From Malacoraja senta (Eukaryota): a DNA stretch of 64,000 nucleotides. Where the stretch lies: contig CM075998.1 of NCBI GenBank assembly GCA_038087875.1, positions 808,001-872,000 on the forward strand. Reading direction: 5' to 3'. Position numbers and translations under genes: made by a program. The notes under the pieces were generated by a model. That model had not been told where the DNA came from. It saw nothing but the letters and a program-made list of their open reading frames with translations, and searched no databases. Positions 38,394 through 49,975 of the stretch are shown in pieces; position 1 is the first letter of the stretch; each line of letters begins with the position of its first letter.

Positions 38394-38616
38394 TGTGTAG
38401 GAAGGAACTGCAGATGCTGGTTTACACCGAAGATGGACACAAAATGCTGGAGTAACTCAGCGGGTCAGGAAGCATCTCTGGAGAAAGGAATAGGTGACAT
38501 TTCGGGTCGAGATCCTTCAGATGTCTGAAGAAGGATCTCGACCCGTAACGTCACCTATCCCTTTTTCTCCAGAGATGCTGCCTGACCCGCTGAGTTACTC
38601 TGGCATTTTGTGTCTA
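38394..38616. repeat. Palindromic Penelope-derived repeat (representative full copy of the most frequent family in the window)
   Basis: AGACACAAAATGCTGGAGTAACTCAGCGGGTCAGG.AGCATCTCTGGAGA..GGTGAC.TTTCGGGTCGAGA..CTTCAGA followed by its reverse complement; dozens of whole or half copies, e.g. near 2120, 5640-5820, 5980-6180, 15620-15830, 30435, 49320, 56270, 57350-57630, 58895-59350, 60650, 61105. Confidence 0.85.
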
Positions 38617-38679
38617 ACCCAAATTAAGATGCTTTGGGATACTTTCCCAGAGCTCTAAGCAAGGTTTAATTTTTTTAAT

Positions 38680-38980
38680 TCATTCATAGGATGTGGTTGT
38701 TACTGGCAAGGGTAACATTTCTTGTCCATTTTGATGAGTCTTTGAATTGCTTGCCTCTGAGGTGTGAGCCACATGGCTGGGGAGTTGCGTGCAGGCCAGA
38801 CCGTGAAGGATGTTTCTGAGCCAATGCTATTCTGGCAGTTTCAGGGTTACCATATTATCTTCCTATTAAGATATTAGCTTCCTATTCCAGTTTATTTAAT
38901 GAACTCAATGTACGTTCCTCGGCTGCTGTGGTGGGATTTGAACACATGTCATAAGTCCAGGCCTCTGTCTGTAACTTCAC
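38680..38980 (-). mobile_element. Old tRNA-derived chondrichthyan SINE (related copy at about 10030-10355, + strand)
   Basis: GTGGTGGGATTTGAAC (reverse B box), TCCAG..TTTATTTAA, CAGGCCAGACC; + copy ends CAATAAAATGCTGG. Confidence 0.5.
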
Positions 38981-39369
38981 CACAAAGTTGCTTTTTTTTT
39001 TTGCCTCTCATGGACTTGTAATACTTCTGTTTTACTAAAGGTGTTGATTTTTTTCTCATCTGAGGTTAATCATCAATAACGTATTGTGTAAACTGGAGAA
39101 GAAAGTCAATGTGGAAGCATAAATATCCTTCATGCAAGCAAAAAAAAAAGCCTCAAAAAACTCCTGAAGAATTAATTTATTCTTTATTGATTAAATGGAA
39201 AGCAGGAGACTGCTGGGGTGAGAAATGAATTGATTCCTTCTTAACAAAAGTAGCCTAGAGAATCAATGTGACTTGTTACACACTATGTGGGAAAAGAGTT
39301 GTGATACCTGTGCCTGGGATCATTTGCATTTAGCTCACCTTCGAGATCTTCCAAGCCACAGGTCTTCCA

Positions 39370-39810
39370 AGCACATATTGTAACTCCAGGGATCATGGAG
39401 TCCAAGTCCATAACTCCCTGAAAGTGGCAAAACAAGTAGATAGAGTGATAAAAAAAAGAACATGCTCTGCCTGTCTTCATTGGTTGGGGCATGGATTAGG
39501 GGGCAATTACCAAGAGGAAGAGGTTAGACAGACACGGACCGTTTTCTCTGGAATGCCGGAGGTTGCGAGGTGACCTGAGAGAAGTGTATAAGATTATGAG
39601 ATCCATGGTTAGGGGAGACGATCAGAACATTTTTCCCAGAATGGAATAATCAAACACTAGAGGGCATAGCTTTAAGGTGAGAAGGGATAAGTTTAAAGGC
39701 GATGTGCGCGACAAGTTCACAGAGGGTGGCGAGTGCTTGGAACGCGACGCTGGGGGTGGTAGTTGTGACAGATACAGTAGTGGCGTTTAAGAGACTTCTG
39801 GATGGGAACA
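39370..39810 (+). mobile_element. CR1 LINE fragment
   Basis: Degenerate RRLRGDL.EVYKI and TRGH.FKV motifs; CAGAGGGTGG. Confidence 0.75.
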
Positions 39811-40989
39811 TGACCCGTTGAGTTTGTCCAGCAGATTGTTCGTTACTCCTGGAAACTTCTCAGACAAGCTTGTCTGACAATACGTGTGGCTCCTCAAGAT
39901 GCAGGAAGTGGAAAGCAGCTGTGTCATACAGATCAGTAAGGGCCTGGCTTCCATTTCTGGTGTGAACTGAGTTAGCTGATCTCATTTAGCTGGTATTATA
40001 GGTTAGAATTGGTCTTGCATCCAGCTGCGGTTATGTCAACACTGACGGGAAGCCTGCCCACTTGGAAGACATCCGACGGGGTGCTTGTTAAATCGTTCAC
40101 TTAGTGAAGTGAAAAGAGCACTAAGATAAGAAAACCGTTCAATAAAGATCTTGATAGTTTATAGATTCTAGATAGTGAATTTTGTCAAATGTGCTGTCAA
40201 CTGCCATTTTCATTCAGATGTTGCCTCCAGCTGTTCATTGCACCAGGCGTTTTCCACATCACAGCCTGGTCCTTGCATGCAGGAGTTGCTCATTTCAACC
40301 AGATAGTGACCATACCGTCAGTATTATTTGGTGACGCTGTCCTTAATTCTATTCTCCATTGACTTGAGGTTACCTGAAACTCTGCTTACTCTTCCTAACT
40401 CTCACTTCCTAACTCTCACTACATTTGATTCACCCATCACCTCTGACCTGCTTCATGACCTGCAGATAATTCCTACTTCATTTTGAAATTCTAACCCTTG
40501 TGTTCAGTTCCATCCAAGGATCTTTCCCCTTTTCTGTAATTTCCTCCAGGATCTCTGTGTCCTATCAATTCTGGCCTTGTGGTGATCCCTAAATTTAGTT
40601 GCTTCTCCTAAAAGACTTATTCCTCCTGTGTGTGCCTAGACAGGGAAGCCAGCACTTTTTTCCAATTAGTATTAATTAAATGCGAGCCATCACTATCTAA
40701 CTATCTGCCTTTTGCAAAGAACAGCTGAAACAAAATCTGGGCTAATAATTCAGTCAGCCAATGATTCCGAGAGGCATCGGGATATGCCTGAGACTGCTTG
40801 CCCATTAAAAGACACAAAGTGCTGGAGTACTCTTGAGTCGGCACCAAAGACACCACCTGAAGCGGCCGGAGCCCATCTTCAAACATGCAGGTGGATGCTA
40901 AAACTCGGCATCCGAATATCATGGAGAATCATCACCACAGAACAGTGAGACATGAGGTATTTTGCTTTGGGCCAAACAAACAAACCGTC

Positions 40990-41432
40990 ACACAATCCAA
41001 CCTCCCTTCCATTGACTACATTTATACATCACGCTGCCTCGGCAAGGCCAGCAGCATAATCAAGGACCAGTCTCACCCCGGTCACTCCCTCTTCTCCCCT
41101 TTCCCATCGGGCAAAAGGTACAGAAGTGTGAAAACTCATACCTCCAAATTCAGGGACAGTTTCTTCCCAGCTGTTATCAGGCAACTGAACCATCCTACCA
41201 CAACCATCCAACCATCCTGAACTACTATATACCTCATTGATGATCCTCAGACTATCCTTGATCAGACTTTGCTGGCTCTGCCTTGCACTAAACGTTATTC
41301 CCTTATCATGTATCTATCTGTACACCGTAAATGGCTTGATTGTAATCATGTATTGTCTTTCCGCTGACTGGATAGCACGCAATAAAAGCTTTTCACTGTA
41401 CCTCGGTACACGTGACAATAAACTAAAGTAAA
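40990..41432 (+). mobile_element. Rex1/Babar LINE 3' fragment
   Basis: LPSIDYIYTSRCLGKASSIIKDQSHPGHSLFSPFPSGKRYRS..FRDSFFPAVIRQLN; tail GTGACAATAAACTAAA. Confidence 0.85.
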
Positions 41433-41939
41433 CTGAAGGGCATTCTTTAATTTCTTATGTGAGCTGGATTTGGCCGATAAGCAACGTCTGCTAGAAGCCA
41501 AGACCAGGACAGACAGTCCAACACAGTGCTTAAGTGGATGAGTGCAGGAGGCTGGCAGCTGTCCTGCTGGTACTTGGCTTGCAAACACCATGGAGCATCA
41601 TCTTCACAACACAGACAGAAGGTCTTTTGCTTTTGGTCAAGCAGGTAAAAGAACCATCTGGAACACTCCCACCCACAGTCACTCAGTCAAGAAGAACCTC
41701 CTAAACCCAGGACGTGGGTTCTTGCGTTCTTTCAGCGACCAGGCTGAGCAGACAGCAACAGTCTGTGACTTCTTGTAGCTCAGTCTGTGCCACAGGGTGT
41801 CGGGATTTGACGTGTTCTGAGAACTGTCCCTGTGCAGAGTTGCCTGGCCACAAAAGGGATTTCAGTTCGGTGTCGTTTATTGTCACCTGTACTGAGGTAC
41901 AGTGGAAACCTTTTGTTTTGAAAGTGCAGTCAAGAAGCT

Positions 41940-42322
41940 CAAATAACTTTTTTGGGCTCTTCTTTCACCTCACCCCATTCACTTCTCCCCCACCCCTCTC
42001 TCCCCTGTGCCCCGTCTGGACTCACACCTATTTCTTACCCCCTCCTCCCCTGCCAGCTACATTCCTTCCTCCAGCTTTGCAATTTGCAACTCCACAATCC
42101 CATTGTCCCACACATTCTGTTTTTTTCATCTCTGGCTTTTGTCTAACTATCTGCCTATCAACAAACGCTCCTCGCCCTGTATCAACCTCTTACTTGCCAC
42201 GCTCTGTCCCCCCCCCTCCCTCTCTCCCCGCTTCCGCCCCGCCCCCACAATCGGTCTGAAGAAGGGTCCCAATCCGAAACGTCACCTATCCATGCTCTCC
42301 AGAGATGCTGCCTGACCTGCCT
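41940..42322 (+). mobile_element. Longer Penelope-type pseudo-LTR fragment with hammerhead-like core
   Basis: Pyrimidine-rich segment leading into GGTCTGAAGAAGGGTCCCAATCCGAAACGTCACC; a related segment lies reversed at about 60785-61010. Confidence 0.65.
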
Positions 42323-43539
42323 CTGCCGCGAGGCACCTTCAGATCAAGTGGGAACCAGGAGGAAGTGGAGGACCTGGAGACTTGTCTGGAGACAACACAA
42401 GGGGCCAAAGTAGAGATAAATTGTGGGGAGGAAGATATTTGAGCCTTTGCTGAGAGTAATACAGTTAGATTATTCAAATAGTCAATACTTGAACAAATCC
42501 AATTTGTCTTCTCGGTTAACCCGCCCTCACATGATTGCACCACTTTAAACTGATTGATATCACATTGAGTTCTGCAGAAAGCTTCTATTCTGTGGTCAGA
42601 TTAATATTGAAGAGCACTGGGCAAAATGATTGGAAACCAGTAAAAGTGTTTTATTCTTGGTCTAAGTTCTCATTCCTCACGGTCTGTAATGTCGAATTGC
42701 GACAGGAATCTGGGTCTGTGTCAGGACTGTATTTGTTTCTTCCCCTCGCCCTGTAACGTTTGCGTGCCTGGCAGTCATGTCCAAGTGTGGGAGCCACGGC
42801 CATGAATGAATTTGACTTTGTAAGCCAAACTTAACGTCCTTGCTGAAGAGACCGTGCAAAGCAGGGATGATAGTTGCCCTCATGTAGCTGGATGCCGCTG
42901 CTGAAGTTCAGGCTGAGGGAGCATCAAACTGTCCATGTGTGGTGGTGGGAGCTGAGAGAGCTCGGCATGGTGGCCGGGTGAGTGCTGAGGGAGTGCCGCA
43001 CTGTAAGAGGGGCAATGCCAAGGGATCGACACACGGTGGAAGTGGAGGGGCTAAGGGACCACAGCGACGCGGGAGAGGCGGCATCAAGATCGCCTCACCG
43101 CGGAGTCAGCCATGCCTAGGGAGCGCCCACAATACCACAAGTGCCCTCTTTCTAATGAAACGGTAAATTCTCCATCTGTAGCTCTGCCTGGGGTCCTTTT
43201 GGGAACCAGCATGATGCTGGATGCTGCTGATTGCCATTCACTGCAACGTGTGTAGATGTGAGTGGGACGGACGTCTCTGTCGCATTGCCAAAGAAAACAG
43301 CCTTTAAGTTGTCACCAGAGTCGATAGTCAACGAACAGCAAGAATAGAAAGCTGGGGGTGTGTGAATATTTTGGGAGCTGCACCATTGGGAAGGTGTGGG
43401 ATAGTTAAATCGTGGGAGTATAAACAGAGAGAGAAAGTTGTGTATTCTGCTCGGCAGATTCAAATTCACATCACCCCTCTCTCCTCTCTTAAAGTATCAG
43501 CATATTTCTGCGGTGGCACAAGATGCTGGAATCCGGAGG

Positions 43540-43990
43540 TTGCATTTCTGTGGTGCCTTTTACGTCCTTTTCGGGATGCCTCAAGGCATTTTCCAGCTAA
43601 TGGAATACAGTTTGTAGTGCAACTCGTTTAACAATGCAGGAAATGCAGCACTCATCTGCACATGATCTACTTCACAGGGAACAATATGATATTTTATCAG
43701 TGACCTATTTAAGCAATCTTGGCAATAGGCGGGGGGGAAGGGGGAATAAATATCGGCTGGGAAAACTGGAATAGCTTGATGTTGTTTTTTGGAGCTGGTG
43801 TCATGGAATCTTTGACATCCAGCTGACTGGGCAGATTGGGGGCCTCAATGCAACATTTGACCAGTTAAGGAGGCACCATTGATAGTGCGTCAGTCCCTCA
43901 GCGTAGCATTGAAGGATCGGACTACATTGTCATGCTCAAGTGTCTGGAGTGAGACATGAAACTGGAACCTTCAGACTTGGACAAAGTGAA
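43540..43990 (-). mobile_element. Deu-domain SINE (SacSINE1-like)
   Basis: Reverse complement of the same family (TTGCATTT..GTGCCTTT..; CATGGAATCTTTGACATCC; GCTCAAGTGTCTGGAGTG). Confidence 0.65.
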
Positions 43991-44185
43991 ACCCTGATAC
44001 TGTTCGTGTTTCAGTGTCAGTCACAATATATTTTAAAGGCACCTTCATTGCATGATGTTTAAGAAGGAACTGCAGATGCTGGAAAAATCGAAGGGAGATA
44101 AAAATGTTGGAGGAACTCAGCAGGTGAGGCAGCATCTATGGAGCGAAGGAAATAGGCGACGTTTCGGGTCGAGACCCTGGTCGAA

Positions 44186-45880
44186 ATGTGTGAACTTGGT
44201 GGAAATGTGTCATCCTTGATAACAATCAGCATGGGAGCACCTCAAGGCTGCGTGCTCAGCCCCCTGCTGTATACTCATGACTGCGTAGCCGGACATAGTG
44301 CGAACTCCATCATCAAGTTCGCCGACGACACCACTGTTGTGGGACGAATCACTGATGGTGACGAGACAGAGTATAGGAGTGAGATCGACCGATTGACCAA
44401 ATGGTGCCAGCACAATAACCTGGCTCTCAACACCAGCAAAACCAAGGAATTGATTATTTTTATTTTTTTATTTATCATTATACTTGTGGGCGCCTTTCAA
44501 AGACTCTCAAGGACGCCTTGCAGATAAGCAGATTACAAAACATATAAGCAGAATAAAAAATTATGGACTTTGGAAGGGGTAGGATACGGGCCCACAATCA
44601 TAGAAACATAGAAAATAGGTGCAGGAGTAGGCCATTCGGCCCTTCGAGCCTGCACCGCCATTCAATGTGATCATGGCTGATCATCCTTCTTAGTATCCTG
44701 TACCTGCCTTCTCTCCATACCCCCTGATCCCTTTAGCCACAAGGGCCACATCTAACTCCCTCTTAAATATAGCCAATGAACTGGCCTCAACTACATTCTG
44801 TGGCAGAGAATTCCAGAGATTCACCACTCTCTGTCTAAAAAATGTTTTTCTCATCTCAGTCCTAAAAGATTTCCCCTTTATCCTTAAACTGTGACCCCTT
44901 GTTCTGGACTTCCCCAACATCGGGAACAATCTTCCTGCATCTAGCCTGTCCAACCCCTTAAGAATTTTGTAAGTTTCTATAAGATCCCCCCTCAATCTTC
45001 TAAATTCTAGCGAGTACAAGCTGAGTCTATCCAGTCTTTCTTCATATGAAAGTCCTGACATCCCAGGGATCAGTCTGGTGAACCATCTCTGTACTCCCTC
45101 TATGGCAAGAATGTCCTTCCTCAGATTAGGAGACCAAAACTGTACGTAATACTCCAGGTGTGGTCTCACCAAGACCCTGTACAGCTACAGTAGAACCTCC
45201 CTGCTCCTATACTCAAATTCTTTTGCTATGAATGCTAATCCCGTTTATATCAACAGAACGATGGTGGAAAGGGTCAAGAACTTCAAATTCCTGGGCGTGC
45301 ACATTTCCGAAGATCTTTCCTGGTCCCAGCACATTGATGCAATCATAAAGAAAGCACATCAGTGCCTCTACTTCCAATAGAAGACTACGGAGAGTCTGTA
45401 CGTCAAAGAGGACTCTCTCGAACTTCTACAAGTGCACAGTAGAAAGCATGCTGACTGGTTGCATTGTGGCTTGGTTCGGCAACTTGAGCTTCCAGTCCAT
45501 CATTGGCTCTGACCTCCCCACCATCGAAGGGATCTATCGCAGTCGCTGCCTCAAAAAGGCAGCCATCATCATCAAGGACCCACACCATCCTGGCCACGCA
45601 CTCATCTCTCTGCTACCATCGGGCAAAAGGTACAGGAGCCTGAAATCTGTTACATCCAGGTTCAGGAACAGCTCCTTCCCCACAGCCATCAGGCTATTAA
45701 ACTCGCCAACAAACAGACTCTGAACTGTAACAGCCTATTGAACTTTATCTGTTTATTTATGTGTATATTGAACCGAACTGTTCTGTATTTTTGCTTCCAA
45801 TATTCTGTTGTGCTGCAGCAAGCAAGAATGTCATTGTCCTATCTGGGACACATGACAATAAACTCTCTTGACTTGACTTG
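44186..45880 (+). mobile_element. Rex1/Babar LINE fragment interrupted by two insertions
   Basis: GAPQGCVLSPLLY..HDC..IIKFADDTTVVG RT motifs; resumes at about 45240 with IIKDPHHPGH..LPSGKRYRS; tail GACAATAAA plus CTTGA repeats. Confidence 0.88.
44600..45238 (-). mobile_element. CR1 LINE 3' fragment (young), ORF2 C-terminus and tail
   Basis: ORF VRPHLEYYVQFWSP...RRLRGDLIETYKI...RTRGHSLRI...QRVVNLWNSLP is typical CR1 ORF2; the tail ends in TTTCTATG repeats. Confidence 0.93.
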
Positions 45881-45907
45881 AAACTGAACTATCCATTGCT
45901 TAAGTAT

Positions 45908-46206
45908 TTTAGTTTAGAGATACAGAGCGGAAACAGGTCTTTCGGCCCACTGAGTCGGCGCCGACCACCGATCCCTCAACACTAACGTTATCCTACACAC
46001 ACACTCGGGACAATTTACAATTATACCAAGCCAATTAACCTACAAATCCGTACGTCTTTGGAGTATGGGAGGAAACCGGAGCACCTGGAGAAAAACCACG
46101 CAGGTCACGGGGAGAACGTACAAGCTCCGTACAGACAGCACCCGTAGTCAGGATGGAACCCGGGTCTCTGGCGCTGTAAGGCAGCAACTCTACCGCTGCG
46201 CCACCA
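45908..46206 (-). mobile_element. HE1-like V-SINE, full length
   Basis: Reverse complement of the same head, V-domain and tail structure. Confidence 0.88.
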
Positions 46207-47009
46207 TCTCTAAAATGACCATTGGCTGAAGTCTTATATCTTCAGCTGCTTGGATCCTACGCTCTGGATTGCTCTCCTGTAGTCCCTCTGCTTTTCTTTC
46301 CTCCTTTTTGAGGAACTCCTTCATTGAATGTTTGGTCACCTGACACTCTAAGTGGTTATTGAATCTTGATTATTCGCATTTCTGTGACACTTGGAATATT
46401 TTTTCTGTGTTAAAGCTGCTCTGGAAATAGAAGCCGCAACTTTTACATTGGGTTTCTTCTTCTGATCCACTTGCCTTTTCAGTGGAGTGGTTTGCTGTGC
46501 TGTTGTCATTGTTACTTGCTATTTTCAGTTGGATGCAGTTTTTATATTAGACAGGCCCACTTCTTCCCAACCTCCACATGTCTGCAGCATGTATTCCATC
46601 TGTTTGGGAAGTCTGAGACCGCAGTGCAGACGGAGATATGAATGGGAAAAAGTCGCATCTCCGTCGAGGAAAGAGACAAAAAAGGTTTCCCGCAAATCCC
46701 CACAATACAAAAACTAAAGATACACTAAAACAAAACAGCAAAAGAAGAAAAATGACGAGACAGGCTGTTGGCACCGCTGCCATGCATGTCCATCATCTCT
46801 CTGTACAGAACTTTGAATGTGGCAAAACGTGTGGTTGCTTCACAGATGTGTTATTATCAAATTAAAATTGACAATGAGGTACAACAGAACGTCGAGGCAG
46901 GTGAACAAAATCTTTGATAAGAGGTTTTAAACGAGAATGAAAAGTTAGAGAGGCAGAGGGGGTGAGGGCGAGAATTTTAGTTTTGGAAGTGCAAAGCTTA
47001 TTTAGTTAA

Positions 47010-47680
47010 ATCAACAAGTGTGATATCTCCAAGTTTATGGATGTTACAAATCTGGGCAGTGTGGTCTGTGAGGAGGATGCAGAGAGGCTTCAGGAGGATA
47101 TAGACCAGTTCCACAAGTTGGTGGTGTCATGGCAGGTGTAATATAACGCGGAAAACGATGAGCTCATCAGCTTTGGTAGACAAAAAATAGAAAGGTGGAG
47201 TAATTCTTGAAGTGGTGAGAGATTGCATTGGTGCTCAGGAGCAGCTGGGTGTCCTTGTACACAAATCACTGAGAGTTCACGTGCAGGTTCAATAAGCAAT
47301 GCTGCATTGGCCTTTATTGTAAGAGGATTTAAGTGCAAGAGTAGGGACATTTTTCATCACTGATATAGGTCTCTGGAACATCGTGTACAGTTCTGATCGC
47401 TCAAACTAAGACAAGGTAGACAAGAAAGAGAGAGAGTGCCGTGAAGGTTCACCTGATTGAGGACAGTGTTGGCAAGCTTGCCTCGTGCGGTGAGATTAAG
47501 TAGACTTGAGTTTGGAAGAATGAGAGGTGATCTCATTGAAATATACAAAACTCTTGCTGGGTTTGATAGGGTCAGTAGCGGGATGATGTTTACCCTCGCT
47601 GGAACGTTTGGAACTGGGAGTTAGAGTCTCAAAGTAAGTGAGTGGCTGTTCGGGAAGGAGAAAGATTTTTTTTTCTCTCC
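47010..47680 (+). mobile_element. Old CR1 LINE fragment
   Basis: GAGGATGCAGAGAGGCTTCAG.. and GAATGAGAGGTGATCTCATTGAAA, typical of CR1 ORF2. Confidence 0.7.
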
Positions 47681-47699
47681 TTACCCAGGTAGGGCTGGA

Positions 47700-48003
47700 A
47701 GGTGGCGCAGCGGTAGAGTTGCTGCCTGACAGCGCCAGGGACCTGGATTTGATCCTGACCACGGGTGCTTTCTGTACGGAGTTTGTACCTTCTCCCTGAG
47801 ACTGCGTGGGCTTTCTCCAGGAGTTCCGGTTTCCTCCCACATTCCAAAGACGTACTGGTTTTTGGCTTCATTGGCTTCAGTGAAATTGAAAAATTGTCCC
47901 TAGTGTGGAGGGTAGTGCTAGTGTGCGGGGATCGCTGGTTGGCATAGACTCGGTGGGCTGAAGGGCCTGTTTCCGCACTGTATCACTCTGAACTAAACTA
48001 AAC
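47700..48003 (+). mobile_element. HE1-like V-SINE, full length
   Basis: tRNA-like head GGTGGCGCAGCGGTAGAG (A box) and B-box-like GATTTGATCC, V-domain TGTACGGAGTTTG..CCGGTTTCCTCCCAC..CCAAAGAC, CR1-type tail GGGCCTGTTTCC..CTAAACTAAA. Confidence 0.88.
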
Positions 48004-48207
48004 AGTGGAGTTGGCTGGTGGGTCTGCATGGTCCCTTTCAGATCCTGTGCTTCACAGACTGAGGAAGGATGAAGTTCCAAAATCCCTCGGGAAGAACAGG
48101 TATAAATCAACCGACACAATAGCTATTGGCCTTTAACACAGAAGGACATTTAAAGTTTTCAAAACATGGTCAGAAATGTATAATAGAAAGATATTTTAAG
48201 TGAGGGA

Positions 48208-48562
48208 GTATGAGATTGTTAAGGGCTTGGACGCGCTCGAGGCAGGAAACATGTTCCCGATGTTGGGGGAGTCCAGAACCAGGGGCCACAGTTTAAGAAT
48301 AAGGAGTAAGCCATTTAGAACGGAGACGAGGAAACACTTTTTCTCACAGAGAGTGGTGAGTCTGTGGAACTCTCTGCCTCAGAGGGCGGTGGATGCTTTC
48401 TGGATGCTTTCAAGAGAGTGCTAGATAGGGCTCTTAAAAATAGCGGAGTCAGGGGATATGGGGAGAAGGCAGGAACGGGGTACTGATTGTGGATGATCAG
48501 CCATGATCACATTGAATGGCTCGAAGGGCCAAATGGCCTGCTCCTGCACCTATTGTCTATTT
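48208..48562 (+). mobile_element. CR1 LINE 3' fragment
   Basis: MFPMLGESRTRGHSLRI..QRVVSLWNSLP and tail CTCCTGCACCTATTGTCTAT. Confidence 0.88.
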
Positions 48563-49239
48563 AAGGAGGCTCTTGAGGGAAGAGAGAGATGCAGGGAGCC
48601 TAGGGACCGCTTTAGTTAACGGCAGTCCCCATCAGCAGTGTCGTGAAGGGACTCCTCATTGAAGAGGAACTTTTACTGCAGTCATTCTTCATTTGCAGCG
48701 TTGGTGGCAGAGAGGAAGAAGGGTATGGTGTTTGAGTACCAGTTATTCTTTTGTTCTGTCAGGCGGCATTAGCTCTCGATTACATTGTTAAACCTTGAGG
48801 CATCGTTGGAAGAATGTCGAGGCTTCGGTTGTTAAAGTAATTGTAATATTAGCATTTCATTACAAGAAACATGGACTTTCTATTTTAAAGGAACATGGCC
48901 AACAATCTTGAGTTTGTACGCAAGAATGATTGTATGCGCTCGAATGGAGATCAAAGTTGGCGATCGGTGTACGAGTCTGATCTAGGTGGTTGGTACGATG
49001 AAGGAGTTCAAGTAATTTCTGTGACTGCTTTTCAAAATTAGTTGCAGGAGGAAATAATAAAAGCTACAGGTATTGACAAAAGTGATTGTAGTTGCCTCTT
49101 TTTCCCATTGCCTGGTGGTTTTAATAACACATCTTTAATAGCTGCTAAATTTGTTCTTGTGACTTAATTATTCTGGAAGAGCAGCTTGCTGTAAAGGGTC
49201 AGAACAACCGCTACCGCTGGCTCAGACGAGGGCTGAGTG

Positions 49240-49253
49240 GTTACCATAGCAAC
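49240..49253. promoter_or_regulatory. RFX X-box motif
   Basis: GTTACCATAGCAAC fits the GTTRCCATRGYAAC consensus, in a non-repetitive stretch of the AGAP2 first intron. Confidence 0.55.
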
Positions 49254-49659
49254 GAAAATAGGCATGACTTTTTTTCACAGTGACTGGGTCAATGAAAGTC
49301 TTGGCTGTTTGCTTGAAGCAAAACACAAAATGCTGCAGGAACTCAACAGGTCGGGCAGCATCTGTGGAGGGAATTGACGGGACCCGAAACGTCGTCTGTC
49401 CATTCCCTCCAGAGATGCGGCCTGACCCAATGAGTTCCTCTGGCGCTTTGTGTTTTGCTCAAGATCCCAGCATCTGCAGTTCCTTGTATCTCCTGATTGC
49501 TTTGATATGTGTTTTAAACTTCGCCTTTAAAATGTAGATTTCAAAGCTCTACAAATTGAAACACAAGAATGTGCTGTCCGTTTTAACGCACAAACTCTCA
49601 CCCAGTTTGAGGATCTGAAGAAAGGTCCCGACCCGAAATGTAATCTCTGGACTTTATTT

Positions 49660-49975
49660 TAGGCTTTAGAGATAGTGCATGGAACCGTGTCCTTCTGCCC
49701 ACCAAGTCCACACCGGCCAACAATCACCCTGTACACAAGCACTATCCTACACACTGGGGACAATTTACAGAAGCCAATTAACTGACAAACCTGCGAAGGA
49801 AGGAACTGCAAACCTATACGTCTTTGGGATGTGGGAGTAAACCGGAGCACCCAGGGAAGTTCCACGTGTTCAAATGGGGAATATGCAAACTCCACACAGA
49901 CAGCACACGAGGTCAGGATCAAACTTGGGTCTCTGACTGTGAGGCAGTAGCATCACCAACAACACCACTGTGCCA
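49660..49975 (-). mobile_element. HE1-like V-SINE
   Basis: Reverse-complement copy with a small insertion. Confidence 0.8.

Noticed and set aside
47700..47770. tRNA-like A/B boxes at SINE heads
   Set aside because: They continue into the V-domain and LINE tail, so they are SINEs, not tRNA genes.
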